A stretch of 64,000 bases of DNA, from the NCBI GenBank assembly GCA_963711565.1, contig CAVQEQ010000004.1, forward strand, positions 1,440,001 to 1,504,000, given 5' to 3'. Below the pieces are notes generated by a model. The model did not search any database. It was not told the origin of the DNA and saw only the letters and a program-made list of their open reading frames with translations. The DNA is from an uncultured delta proteobacterium. Lineage in GTDB: Bacteria > Desulfobacterota > Binatia > Binatales > Binataceae. Both the position numbers and the translations under genes were made by a program. Shown here piece after piece: positions 19,545 to 29,361 of the stretch (position 1 is the first letter of the stretch; each line of letters begins with the position of its first letter).

Positions 19545-20441
19545 ATGCGCGTATCGGATAAGAATCTGGCCGAGGTCTGGGACCGGGGCTTTACCATCAT
19601 CGAGAATTTCCTCGATCGAGATGCGCTCGCGGCGGCTCGGGAAGCGCTGTGGGAGATATATCCGAAGCCCGAGGATTATTTCAAAGCACCCGAGGAGCAT
19701 CCGGAGCTCGCTCGTGGACAATTTGCCGGGTTGCGGTTGTTTCCCTACAGCTCGTGGGCGCTGAATCGCCTCCCGGTCTATCCCGATCTGATTGACGGCG
19801 CGGAGCGCCTGCTCGAAACGCGGAACCTGGAAGTTTACAAGATCGAGCTGTGGGCGAAGTACTCCGGCGCCGTCAACTACGATCAGTTTCATCATCGCGA
19901 CTTTGGAAATCACAGCTTGGTGGTGCCGCGTGCGGATCGGAATCACACGCAGATGACGACCTTCATGCTGCTCTCCGATGTGACCGCGGAAGACGCGCCG
20001 ACCAAGCTGGTGCCGTTAAAGTTCACCCGCGAGTTGTCGTTGCCAACCCGTGCGGTGCCGTTCGGCGAGCTGTTCGAGCATGAGGTCGCGCTAACGGCGC
20101 CCGCGGGGAGTCTGCTGATCTACAAGACCGACGTTTTTCATCGCGGCTCCAATTTCACCGGCGTCAACCGTTCGCGCTTCATGATGCTCGTCGATATTCA
20201 GCAGCGCGGCTGGCGTTGGCAGGGGAAGATGAGCTGGCCGGATCGTGCGGATGCCAAAGGCATGCGCGAAACCATCGTGCGCATGACGCCGCGCGAGCGT
20301 GACCTTTTCGGTTTCCCGCCGCCTGGCAGCGAGTACTGGAACGAACAGACGATCGCGGATGTGTCGGCGCGATACCCCGGAATGGATATGACGCCGTACC
20401 TCAAACCCTCCGCGGATGGATCGGCTGAGCAGAAGTCCTAG
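19545..20441 (+). CDS. Phytanoyl-CoA dioxygenase (PhyH) family Fe/2OG oxygenase
   Basis: WDRGFTIIENFL, HHRD, LSDVT...PT, GSLLIY...HRG. Confidence 0.85.
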   Translation: MRVSDKNLAEVWDRGFTIIENFLDRDALAAAREALWEIYPKPEDYFKAPEEHPELARGQFAGLRLFPYSSWALNRLPVYPDLIDGAERLLETRNLEVYKIELWAKYSGAVNYDQFHHRDFGNHSLVVPRADRNHTQMTTFMLLSDVTAEDAPTKLVPLKFTRELSLPTRAVPFGELFEHEVALTAPAGSLLIYKTDVFHRGSNFTGVNRSRFMMLVDIQQRGWRWQGKMSWPDRADAKGMRETIVRMTPRERDLFGFPPPGSEYWNEQTIADVSARYPGMDMTPYLKPSADGSAEQKS

Positions 20442-22476
20442 AAGCTCACGTCAAGTTCGCGCGACAGGAACGCGAGCTGATCCGCGAGCTCATCGATCGT
20501 CGCGTCCATCGGCAGAGTCCCCATGTGTCCAGCTTCGGGGCGATAGTGAAGTACGATCGGATTATTTGACGCCGTCGCCGACTGAAGTATCGCGGCCATT
20601 TTCCGCGCGTGCATCGGATCGACTCGCTGATCCAAATCTCCCGTCACGAACATCACTGCCGGATACCGCGTTCCGGCATGCACGTTGTGATAAGGCGAGT
20701 ACGCGAGCAGGTACGGGAAGTCATTCGCGTCGTCGGCGCATCCGTATTCGCCGATCCAGTAAGAACCCATCGGGTCCTTGTGATGACGCATCATGTCGAG
20801 CACCGGGCGATGACAGATTACAGCGCGAAACAGATCGGGACGCTGCGTCAGAGCGGCGCCGACCAGCAGACCGCCATTGCTCCCGCCCGCAATCGCGAGC
20901 TTCAACGGCTGCGTATAGCGATTGGCGACCAACCATTCCGCGGCTGCGATGAAGTCATCGAATACGTTCTGCTTTCGCTCGCGCCGGCCTGATGCCATTC
21001 CTCGCCGAATTCACCCCCGCCCCGGAGGTTGGCTGATGCGAAAACTCCTCCCGCTTCAACCCAGGCAACCGCCATCGACGAGTAAATCGGGAGCACGCTG
21101 ATGTTGTATCCGCCGTAGCCGGTGAGCAATGTCGGCCGCGCGGAGTCGAGCGCAAGCCCGCGCTTGTGGAACAGGTACATCGGAATCCTGGTTCCGTCCT
21201 TCGACGGATACCAGACTTGTCGTAGTTCGAATTGAGTGAGATCGGGAACGCCCTGTTGACGCCACCAAACGTCGCGCTCGCCGATGGCAAGGTCGTAGCG
21301 ATAGATCGTGGGAGCGTGATTGAACGAGCTGAAGTAGAAAAACGATTCGCTGCGTTCCCATCGCCCGGTAAACCCTGCGGCGACGCCGGGGCCCGGCAGC
21401 TCGATGTCGCGCACAAAGGTTCCGTCAGGTTCGAACACTCGAACGCGCGAGTGCACGTCCTCAAGATAAGTCACGACCAATTTACCGCCCACGGTCGCAA
21501 CGCTTTCGATCGTCGCGGGACCTTCGGGAATGATCTCGCGCCAGTTCGCGCGCGACGGATTGGCGAACTCGACCCGATAGACGCGGCGCCTCGGCGCTTG
21601 CCAGTTGGTCAGCATGATGAACGCATCGTCGGCGTCGGAACCGCTGGAGAAGGCGTCGAGGTCGTCGGCTATCGGAATGATCTCGCCGTCGGGGTCCGGC
21701 TGCTGAAAATACACGTCGTTGCGATCACCGCTTTTTGTGCTCGCGGTCCGGTAGCCGCAGCCGATCATCAGGTATCGTCCGTTATCCGACACGGATGCGC
21801 CTGCCCATCGTTCGGGTCCCCAGTTCGATCCGATTATTTCGCGGTCTTCGGAGACCGTGGAGCCCAAGCGATGAAACCTGACGCGCGGACCTTCGTCGGT
21901 TCTGACCGTGTAATAGAAGCCACTGCCATCATGCTTCCATGACGCTTTGCCGTACCTTCCTCTGGGTAGCCGGTCCGGCAAATCACGCCGCGACGCAACC
22001 TCCATCAGCCTAATCGAGAACTGGTCTTCACCGCCGTGCCGCGTGCCATACGCGAGGATAGAACCGTCGCGCGATATGCCTGCGATGTGAATGCTGGTTA
22101 TCCCGTCCGCGCTCATGGTGTTTGCATCGACCAGAACTTCCTCGTCCCCGTGCAGTCCGCGGCGCCGGCAGATGACACTTTGTTGATCGTCGGCGCGTCG
22201 TCGCTGATAGAAGTAGTAACCCCTTCGCTCGATCGGAAAGCCCATGGCGTCGACCTTCATCAGGCCGGCCAATCGCGCGCGGATGCGTTCGCGGATGGGT
22301 GTGTCCAGAAACGGCCGGGCATACTCATCCTGCGCAGAGAGCCACGCGCGGGTTTCGGGCGCATCTCCATCTTCAAGCCAGCGGTACGGATCCGTCACTT
22401 CAACGCCGTGCAGAATTTCCCGGAAGTCCTCGCGACGGGTGGTGGGCGGAGGCTGGAACTGATCGCTTGATGCCAT
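20438..22476 (-). pseudogene. Prolyl oligopeptidase (S9A), frameshifted near 20983
   Basis: ORF 20902-22476 (DPYRWLE, GYGGYN, NLRGGGEFGEEWH) plus ORF 20438-20998 (KQNVFDDF, GGSNGGLL, DQRV, AGH) form one gene. Confidence 0.9.
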
Positions 22477-22609
22477 TGCGGTTACCTCCGACGCGGCTGC
22501 GCAACCGTTATCGTAGTCGGCCGAAAGGCTTAGGTGAAACCTTAGGCTTCTGCATGAATCGCGGAACCCTCACCTAACCTCTTCCGTGAAATAACGGGCG
22601 AGGGATTGC

Positions 22610-23353
22610 TTACATGAAGTACGGCTTCGACATCTCGTCGAATTTGCCGTACATCAGCCAAACCCGCACGTTGAATGCGTGCGGATGCTCGACCGGCTCG
22701 CGCCCGACAGTCTTGAGCCCGAGCTGTTTGTACATCTCATACAACGGCTCGACCGGATTCGTGATCAGCAGCTTCGGACGCCGCGAAAAAACAAAAAGCC
22801 GCGCCGTGTCCGACATCAACTTGACCAGGCCCTTGCCCTGGTAGGTCGGGTCGATCACCATCCCGCCGAACTCGAACACTTCCGACGCGAGCATCCCCTT
22901 GAACAACTGCGCGGGATACAGATGGCCGAGCGTCAGCGGCGCCTCGGCTAGGCATCGCGCCCAGAACGCACCAATCAGCGGCGGCCGGCGCCGCTCGCTC
23001 GCCTGCCCGACATTGTAAAGGCCAAAATGGATCGCCAACGGCCACAACAGCACGTGCACGCGTTTTTCCTGCACGTTCAGCATCTTCCAAGTCCGCTTGT
23101 GCAGAGCGGCAAGCTCGCGCAAACCCTGCGGCGTGCCGATAGGACGAACTTCGAGCCGTCCTTCGAGGGCAGAATGCGTCGGAGGACGCAGCGGGGGAGA
23201 ATGAGGTTCGCGCGCTTCGCGCTTGGGCTTCTCTGGCGGAAGTTTTTCTTCGGCCGGAGGGTGTTCGACGGCAGGCGTCCCGACTGGGGCAAGACGGACA
23301 ACTCGCGACGAGATCATCGCCTCGATCGGATCGTCATTCTTCTCGGCCGCCAT
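22610..23353 (-). CDS. GNAT-fold protein with Pro-rich N-terminus (N-acyl amino acid synthase/LuxI-like)
   Basis: FEFGGMVIDPTYQGKGL (GNAT motif A), YKQLGLKTVG (motif B). Confidence 0.65.
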   Translation of the reverse strand: MAAEKNDDPIEAMISSRVVRLAPVGTPAVEHPPAEEKLPPEKPKREAREPHSPPLRPPTHSALEGRLEVRPIGTPQGLRELAALHKRTWKMLNVQEKRVHVLLWPLAIHFGLYNVGQASERRRPPLIGAFWARCLAEAPLTLGHLYPAQLFKGMLASEVFEFGGMVIDPTYQGKGLVKLMSDTARLFVFSRRPKLLITNPVEPLYEMYKQLGLKTVGREPVEHPHAFNVRVWLMYGKFDEMSKPYFM

Positions 23354-23580
23354 CAGTGAACCCCGCCGCGCCGCCGAATCCGGGCGACGCCGATTTCACA
23401 CCACCCAACTCATTGCCGTCTCTCACGACGGCTCATCCTCACGCCTTAAGACGTGCGCCGACCGCAATCGGTTCGCTGCGGTTCGACGCCAACAACTGGC
23501 TCACCGCCGCTAATAATAAGGAATTAGAGGGTAAAACGAAACATAGTTTACAACCAAAACGTGATTTTTTTACTTTGCGG

Positions 23581-23613
23581 AAAAAGAAAGGGCGCCCGAT
23601 CGGACGCCCTTTC
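23581..23613 (-). terminator. Intrinsic terminator after ALDH
   Basis: Minus strand GAAAGGGCGTCC-GATC-GGGCGCCCTTTC-TTTTT. Confidence 0.8.
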
Positions 23614-23635
23614 AAGCGACTCGTAGTCTTCGCGA

Positions 23636-25150
23636 CTATCCGATCTTGGCGTACACCGACTTGATCTGGGTGTACAGATCAATCGCGTACTTGCCCAGCT
23701 CGCGGCCGAAGCCTGACTGCTTGTAGCCGCCGAACGGTGACATCGGATCGATCTGCCCGTAAGTGTTGATCCAGACGGTGCCGGCCTTGAGTTTGCGCGC
23801 GACTCCGAGTGCGCGGTTGATGTCCTTGGTCCACACCGCGGCCGCTAACCCGTAGGTCGTGTCGTTGCCCTGGAGGACAACGTCAGCCTCGTCTTTGAAC
23901 GAGATCGCCGACGCGACGGGTCCGAAGATTTCCTCGCGCGCGATTTTCATCTGGTTGTTGACGCCGGTGAAGACCGTCGGCTCGACGAAGTAGCCCGATT
24001 CCTGCTTGCCGGGCTCGCCGCCGGTCTTGGCCTTCGCGCCCTCCGCCTTGCCGGCTTTCAGATATCCCTTGACGCGATCGTGCTGTTCCTTGGAAACCAG
24101 CGGCCCCATGCGGGTGCTCGGGTCGAGCGGATTGCCGAGGGTCAGGCCCTTGGCGATCTTCGAGAGCTCGTCGGTGAACTGATCGTACACCTTCTCCTGC
24201 ACGAACACGCGCGATCCGGCGCAGCAGACCTGGCCCTGGTTCATGAAGATACCCATCGCGGAGCCGAAGACCGCGGACGGCATGTCAGCATCGGGGAAAA
24301 TGATGTTGGGCGACTTGCCGCCGAGCTCGAGCGAGACGCGCTTCAAGTTGCCGGCGGAGGCCTTCAGGATGATCTTGCCAACTTCGCCGGAACCGGTGAA
24401 CGCGACCTTGTCGATGTCGGGATGCTCGGCGATCGAGCTGCCGGCGCCGGGGCCGAAGCCCGTGATGATCTGCACGACGCCCTCGGGCAGTCCCGCCTCG
24501 CAGATAAGCTCGCCGAGGCGAATCGCCGTGAGCGGAGTCTGCTCGGCAGGCTTCAGGATGACGACGTTGCCGCATGCGAGCGCGGGCGCGATCTTCCACG
24601 ACGCCATCAGTAGCGGAAAATTCCACGGGATGATCTGGCCGCACACGCCGACCGGCTCGCGCAGCGTGTAGTTGAACATCGAGGGATCGGACGGGTTGGT
24701 ATCGCCGTAAATCTTGGTCGCGAAGCCGGCGTAGTAGCGAAAGGTCTCGGCGGCGCCGGGGATGTCGATATTCTTGGACTCGAACAGCGGCTTGCCGTTG
24801 TCGAGCGTCTCGAGCTCGGCCAGCTCCTCGGCATGCTTGTCGATAAGCTCCGCAATCTTGAGCAGGAAGTGCGTGCGCGCGTGCGGGCTGAGGCTCGCCC
24901 ACTTGCCTTCCTCGTACGCCTTCCGCGCATGCTTGACGGCCTCGTCAACGTCGGCCTTGTCGCCCTCGGCGACGAGTGCGAGCACCTGCTCGTTGGCGGG
25001 GTTGAGGGTCTCGAAAGTCTTGCCTGACTTCGACGGCACCCATTTGCCGTTGATGAGAAGTTTCTTGGGCGAGCTCTTGAGGAACTCAAGCGCTGCGCTC
25101 GACTTGGCGCCGCGAGTCGCGGATTCCAATGACGCTGATGCTGATGCCAT
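23636..25150 (-). CDS. Aldehyde dehydrogenase
   Basis: IIPWNFP, LKPAEQTP, FTGS, LELGGKSP, GQVCCAGS, EEIFGPV, PFGGYKQSGFGRE. Confidence 0.96.
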   Translation of the reverse strand: MASASASLESATRGAKSSAALEFLKSSPKKLLINGKWVPSKSGKTFETLNPANEQVLALVAEGDKADVDEAVKHARKAYEEGKWASLSPHARTHFLLKIAELIDKHAEELAELETLDNGKPLFESKNIDIPGAAETFRYYAGFATKIYGDTNPSDPSMFNYTLREPVGVCGQIIPWNFPLLMASWKIAPALACGNVVILKPAEQTPLTAIRLGELICEAGLPEGVVQIITGFGPGAGSSIAEHPDIDKVAFTGSGEVGKIILKASAGNLKRVSLELGGKSPNIIFPDADMPSAVFGSAMGIFMNQGQVCCAGSRVFVQEKVYDQFTDELSKIAKGLTLGNPLDPSTRMGPLVSKEQHDRVKGYLKAGKAEGAKAKTGGEPGKQESGYFVEPTVFTGVNNQMKIAREEIFGPVASAISFKDEADVVLQGNDTTYGLAAAVWTKDINRALGVARKLKAGTVWINTYGQIDPMSPFGGYKQSGFGRELGKYAIDLYTQIKSVYAKIG

Positions 25151-25294
25151 TTTTCCTAATCTCCTGTCGTTGATGTGTTCGAGCGGTATAGAGCCTGATT
25201 AACACTCGAACCATAGTAAATCGAGATGTATTCGGCAAAGCGAAAAGTGGGCGTGCGCCCCTTGCTATTGCTATTGTGAGCGGCAATCGCGTCA

Positions 25295-27871
25295 GTGGCA
25301 GTCAAGCAAACACCCCTCATCGCGCAGTACCTGAGCGTCAAGCAACGCGTCCCCGACGCGATCCTGTTTTTCCGCCTCGGCGACTTCTACGAGATGTTCT
25401 TCGAGGACGCCGAAGTCGGCGCGCGCGTGCTCGATATCCAGCTAACCTCGCGCAACAAGGACGGCGTGCCGCTGTGCGGCGTGCCCTACCATTCCGCCGA
25501 ACCCTACATCGCCAAGCTGCTGAAGGCGGGCCACAAGGTCGCCATCTGCGAGCAAGGCACACCGGACCCGAAAACGCCGAAGCTGATGCCTCGGCAAATC
25601 GTACGCGTGATCACGCCCGGCACGGTCGGCGAAGAGATGGTGCTGACCGCCGCCGAGAAGAGCTACCTGGTCGCAGTCACGGGCGCCGAGGGATCCGGAT
25701 TCACGCTGGCCGCGCTCGACGTATCGACGGGCGAGTTTCTCGCCACGCAGGTTCGCGAGGCCGCCACGCTGTGCGAGGAAATCGCGCGAATCGCGCCGCG
25801 CGAAATCATAGCCGCCGCGGAGGATGGCGCATTGAGCGCGCTGCTCAAGGATCTGAACTGTCCATTGACGACGCTCGATCACGAAAGATTCAACCCCGAG
25901 CGCGCGGCCGCCGCATTCGCAAATCATTTCGCGGAGGCTGCCGGTGAGTTCGACCAATCGATCACGCACACGGCGGGAATCGCGCTGCTCTATGTCGAAG
26001 ACACCTTCGGCCACGACCTCGCGCATATCGCGGCGCCGCGTCTCTACCGCATCGCCGAGTACATGCTGGTGGACGAGACCACGCGGCGTCATCTCGAGCT
26101 GATCGCCTCGACTGACGGCGCGCGCAAGGGCTCGCTGCTGTCGATTCTCGACGAAACGCTGACCGCCGTCGGCGCGCGCACGCTCGCCAACTGGATCACC
26201 TATCCTCTGCTCGCGCTCGATGCGATTCGCGCCCGCCACGATGCGGTCGAAGAACTCTTCGACGCTGATCTGGGCGGCACGCTGGCGGAATCGTTGAAGC
26301 GAATCGGCGACCTCGAGCGGCTGGCCGGACGAATCGGCGCGATGCGTGCGTCGCCGCGCGATTGCATCCGCCTGGGCGACGCGCTCGGCGCAACGGATTC
26401 GCTCAAGCAAGCGATGGGTGCGCTCAAGAGTCCGCTTATCCGCGAGCAGGCCGCGCGAATCTCGCCGATGCCCGCGCTGGTCGCGCAAATTGGAGCGACG
26501 CTGTCCGATGAGCCGCCCGTGAATCCGCGCGATGGCAACGTGATTCGCGCCGGTCTCAGCGCCGAGGTCGATGAATTGCGCAGCCTCGCGTCCGGCGCGC
26601 GCGGCGTGATAGCGAAGTTGGAAGCGACCGAGCGCGAGCGCACCGCTATCCCGTCACTCAAGGTCCGCTACAACAATATCTTCGGCTACTACATCGAGGT
26701 GACGAAGCCGAATCTCGAGCGCGTACCGGCCGACTATGAGCGCAAGCAAACGCTGGTCAGCGCCGAGCGCTTCACCACGCCCGCGCTCAAGGAACTCGAG
26801 CGCAAAATCCTGACGGCGGAGTCGGCGCTCAAGGAACTCGAACTTCAGATCTTCACCAAGCTGCTGCGCGACTTGCAGTCGCACGCCGCGACGATCCTCG
26901 AAACCGCTCGCGCCGTGGGCGAATTCGACGCAGTGATGTCGATGGCGAAGGTCGCCCGGCATCGCGGCTACGTGCGCCCGAAGATCAATACCGGCCTGCG
27001 AATTCGCGTGCGCGACGGACGCCATCCGGTGCTCGAAGCCGGGATGCGCGCGGGCGAGTTCGTGCCCAACGACCTCGATGCCGAGCCCGACACGCGCCAA
27101 ATCCTGCTGATCACCGGCCCCAACATGGCCGGCAAATCGACCTACCTGCGCCAGGTCGCCCTGATCGCGATCATGGCGCAAATCGGAAGCTTCGTTCCCG
27201 CCGCCGAGGCGACCATCGGGCTGATCGATCGCGTGCTGACGCGAATCGGCGCGCGCGACGAACTTCGCCGCGGCGAATCCACCTTCATGGTCGAGATGAG
27301 CGAGACCGCGCGCCTGCTCAGGGGACTCTCAGAGCGCAGCCTGTTGCTGCTCGACGAGGTCGGGCGCGGCACCAGCACCTTCGACGGGCTCGCGATCGCA
27401 TGGGCGGTGGCAGAGTACCTGCACGATCAGACGCGCGCCAAGGTTCTGTTCGCGACGCACTTCCACGAGCTGACCGACCTCGCGCGCGAGCGCCCGCGCG
27501 TCAAGAATTTGAGCATGGCGGTTCGCGAATGGGGTGATGAGGTGATTTTTCTGCGCCGCGTAATCGAGCAGCCGTCGTCGCGCAGCTACGGTATCGAGGT
27601 GGCGCGCCTGGCGGGCTTGCCCGATTCGATAATCACCCGCGCGCGCGAAATTCTCGCCAACCTCGAGCAGGGCGAACTCGACGAAGCCGGGATGCCGCGA
27701 ATCGCCCGCGACCGCCGCTCCAAAACCCCCGCGCCACAACTCGGCCTGTTCTCGCCGAAGGACGAGCGCGTCATCGACGAGTTGCGCGCGCTCGACATCG
27801 AGCGCATGACCCCGATGGACGCCTTAAACGCCCTGGCCCGCCTGGCCGCCCACTTGAAGAAGGAAAATTAA
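25295..27871 (+). CDS. mutS: DNA mismatch repair protein MutS
   Basis: FRLGDFYEMF, TGPNMAGKSTY, STFMVEM, DEVGRGTST, FATHFHEL, SYGIEVA, QLGLF clamp motif. Confidence 0.98.
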   Translation: MAVKQTPLIAQYLSVKQRVPDAILFFRLGDFYEMFFEDAEVGARVLDIQLTSRNKDGVPLCGVPYHSAEPYIAKLLKAGHKVAICEQGTPDPKTPKLMPRQIVRVITPGTVGEEMVLTAAEKSYLVAVTGAEGSGFTLAALDVSTGEFLATQVREAATLCEEIARIAPREIIAAAEDGALSALLKDLNCPLTTLDHERFNPERAAAAFANHFAEAAGEFDQSITHTAGIALLYVEDTFGHDLAHIAAPRLYRIAEYMLVDETTRRHLELIASTDGARKGSLLSILDETLTAVGARTLANWITYPLLALDAIRARHDAVEELFDADLGGTLAESLKRIGDLERLAGRIGAMRASPRDCIRLGDALGATDSLKQAMGALKSPLIREQAARISPMPALVAQIGATLSDEPPVNPRDGNVIRAGLSAEVDELRSLASGARGVIAKLEATERERTAIPSLKVRYNNIFGYYIEVTKPNLERVPADYERKQTLVSAERFTTPALKELERKILTAESALKELELQIFTKLLRDLQSHAATILETARAVGEFDAVMSMAKVARHRGYVRPKINTGLRIRVRDGRHPVLEAGMRAGEFVPNDLDAEPDTRQILLITGPNMAGKSTYLRQVALIAIMAQIGSFVPAAEATIGLIDRVLTRIGARDELRRGESTFMVEMSETARLLRGLSERSLLLLDEVGRGTSTFDGLAIAWAVAEYLHDQTRAKVLFATHFHELTDLARERPRVKNLSMAVREWGDEVIFLRRVIEQPSSRSYGIEVARLAGLPDSIITRAREILANLEQGELDEAGMPRIARDRRSKTPAPQLGLFSPKDERVIDELRALDIERMTPMDALNALARLAAHLKKEN

Positions 27872-27919
27872 GCGGGATGTTCCGCGTCTTTAAGTAAGAG
27901 AATCGCCTCCGCGGCGGGC

Positions 27920-27944
27920 GGCAGGGGTGACCCCTGCACTCAGT
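27920..27944 (-). repeat. Half copy (first hairpin) of the argS/leuS leader element
   Basis: Minus strand ACTGAGTGCAGGGGTCACCCCTGCC. Confidence 0.75.
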
Positions 27945-28095
27945 GCGAAGCGCAAAGTTGCGCGCGGCGCACTATTTTGCTCTCAGGCGCTGACGATGAA
28001 AAAGATGCGTTCGCGTGGCTGGCCCCGCCCGCGCGGGGCGTGGCGATCACCTCAATCGGCCGCTATCCTTGGATGCTGTGGGTAGGGTTGCGGTG

Positions 28096-29361
28096 ATGCG
28101 GAGATTGATGGTGCCTGCGGTCGCGACGGCGACGATTTGCACGATGGTTGCGCTCGCGCGCGCCAGTGTTCCCGCGTCAGTTTTGACCTCGGCGCGAATC
28201 GAGCATCGCGGGCCGACTCTCGAACTCCATTTTGGATTTGGCGGATCGGTTCCGCGATTCGATCTCAGCACGCATGGGGTCGAACTCTGGATTGCGCTTC
28301 CGCGCACGCAGGTCGCAATCCCACCGCGTCCGCTGTTCGGTTATGAGACGGCGCCGATCCTGAGTGTCCGCGCGATTCAATCGGACAGTGGCTCGCGAAT
28401 CGTCGTCGAGGTGATTGGCAAGGCCGACTACGCGATCGCGCGGCTCCGCGACAGAAACGAAATCGTATTGAGGGTCGCATCGTCCGGCGCGGATCCAGAT
28501 ATCGCTGCTCCGATTATTGTGCACAACGACATTCCTCGGCGCTCTGCCCCACCCGTCGCACGACCGGTCGCGTTCGCGCCGTCCGAGAATCCGCATCCGG
28601 TTTCGCTGGCGCGGCCAATCCCGCCCGCACCCGTTGCCTTGAATGAGGACAATCGGCAGCCGGGTCATTTTCTCGTGATGATCGATCCCGGTCACGGCGG
28701 CTACGACCCCGGCACCCAATCGTCCGCCGGCGCGATGGAGAAGGATCTCGCCCTGCAGATTGCGACGCGGCTCAGGACCGCTCTGGAAGCCCACGGCATC
28801 CGCGCGGAACTCACGCGCTCGACCGACGTCTTCATCAGCCTCGCCGAGCGCACCCGCATCGCGAATAGCGCCGGCGCCGATCTGTTCGTTTCGATCCATC
28901 TGAATTCGAGTCCGAACCCCGATACCACCGGAATCGAAGTTTATTACCTGAACAACACCACCGACCGCGCAACGATTCGGCTGGCGCGAATGGAGAACGC
29001 CGGCGCCGACGGCTATGGCGCGCCGGACGCCTCCAACTTAAACTACATTCTCACCGACTTGCGTCAGAACTATAAGGCGTCGGAAGCTGCTTCTCTGGCT
29101 CGGATGATCGACGCGCAGACGGTCGCCGATCTCGATGCCGGACTGGGACTGAACGTGAACGCGCTGGGAGCGAAGATGGGACCATTTTACGTGCTGGTCG
29201 GCGCGCATATGCCGGCCGTGCTGGTCGAATGCGGCTTCATGTCGAACGCCGCCGAAGCCGCGCGGCTCGCGTCGCCGCAATACCAGGACGTGCTCGCCCG
29301 CGCGATTGCCACCTCAGTCGCGGACTACTTTGACGCCGATGTCGCGGCAGGAGATCTGTGA
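28096..29361 (+). CDS. amiC: N-acetylmuramoyl-L-alanine amidase (Amidase_3, AMIN-like N-terminus)
   Basis: Signal peptide; IDPGHGGYDPG, EKD, FVSIHLN, VLVECGFMSN. Confidence 0.92.
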   Translation: MRRLMVPAVATATICTMVALARASVPASVLTSARIEHRGPTLELHFGFGGSVPRFDLSTHGVELWIALPRTQVAIPPRPLFGYETAPILSVRAIQSDSGSRIVVEVIGKADYAIARLRDRNEIVLRVASSGADPDIAAPIIVHNDIPRRSAPPVARPVAFAPSENPHPVSLARPIPPAPVALNEDNRQPGHFLVMIDPGHGGYDPGTQSSAGAMEKDLALQIATRLRTALEAHGIRAELTRSTDVFISLAERTRIANSAGADLFVSIHLNSSPNPDTTGIEVYYLNNTTDRATIRLARMENAGADGYGAPDASNLNYILTDLRQNYKASEAASLARMIDAQTVADLDAGLGLNVNALGAKMGPFYVLVGAHMPAVLVECGFMSNAAEAARLASPQYQDVLARAIATSVADYFDADVAAGDL

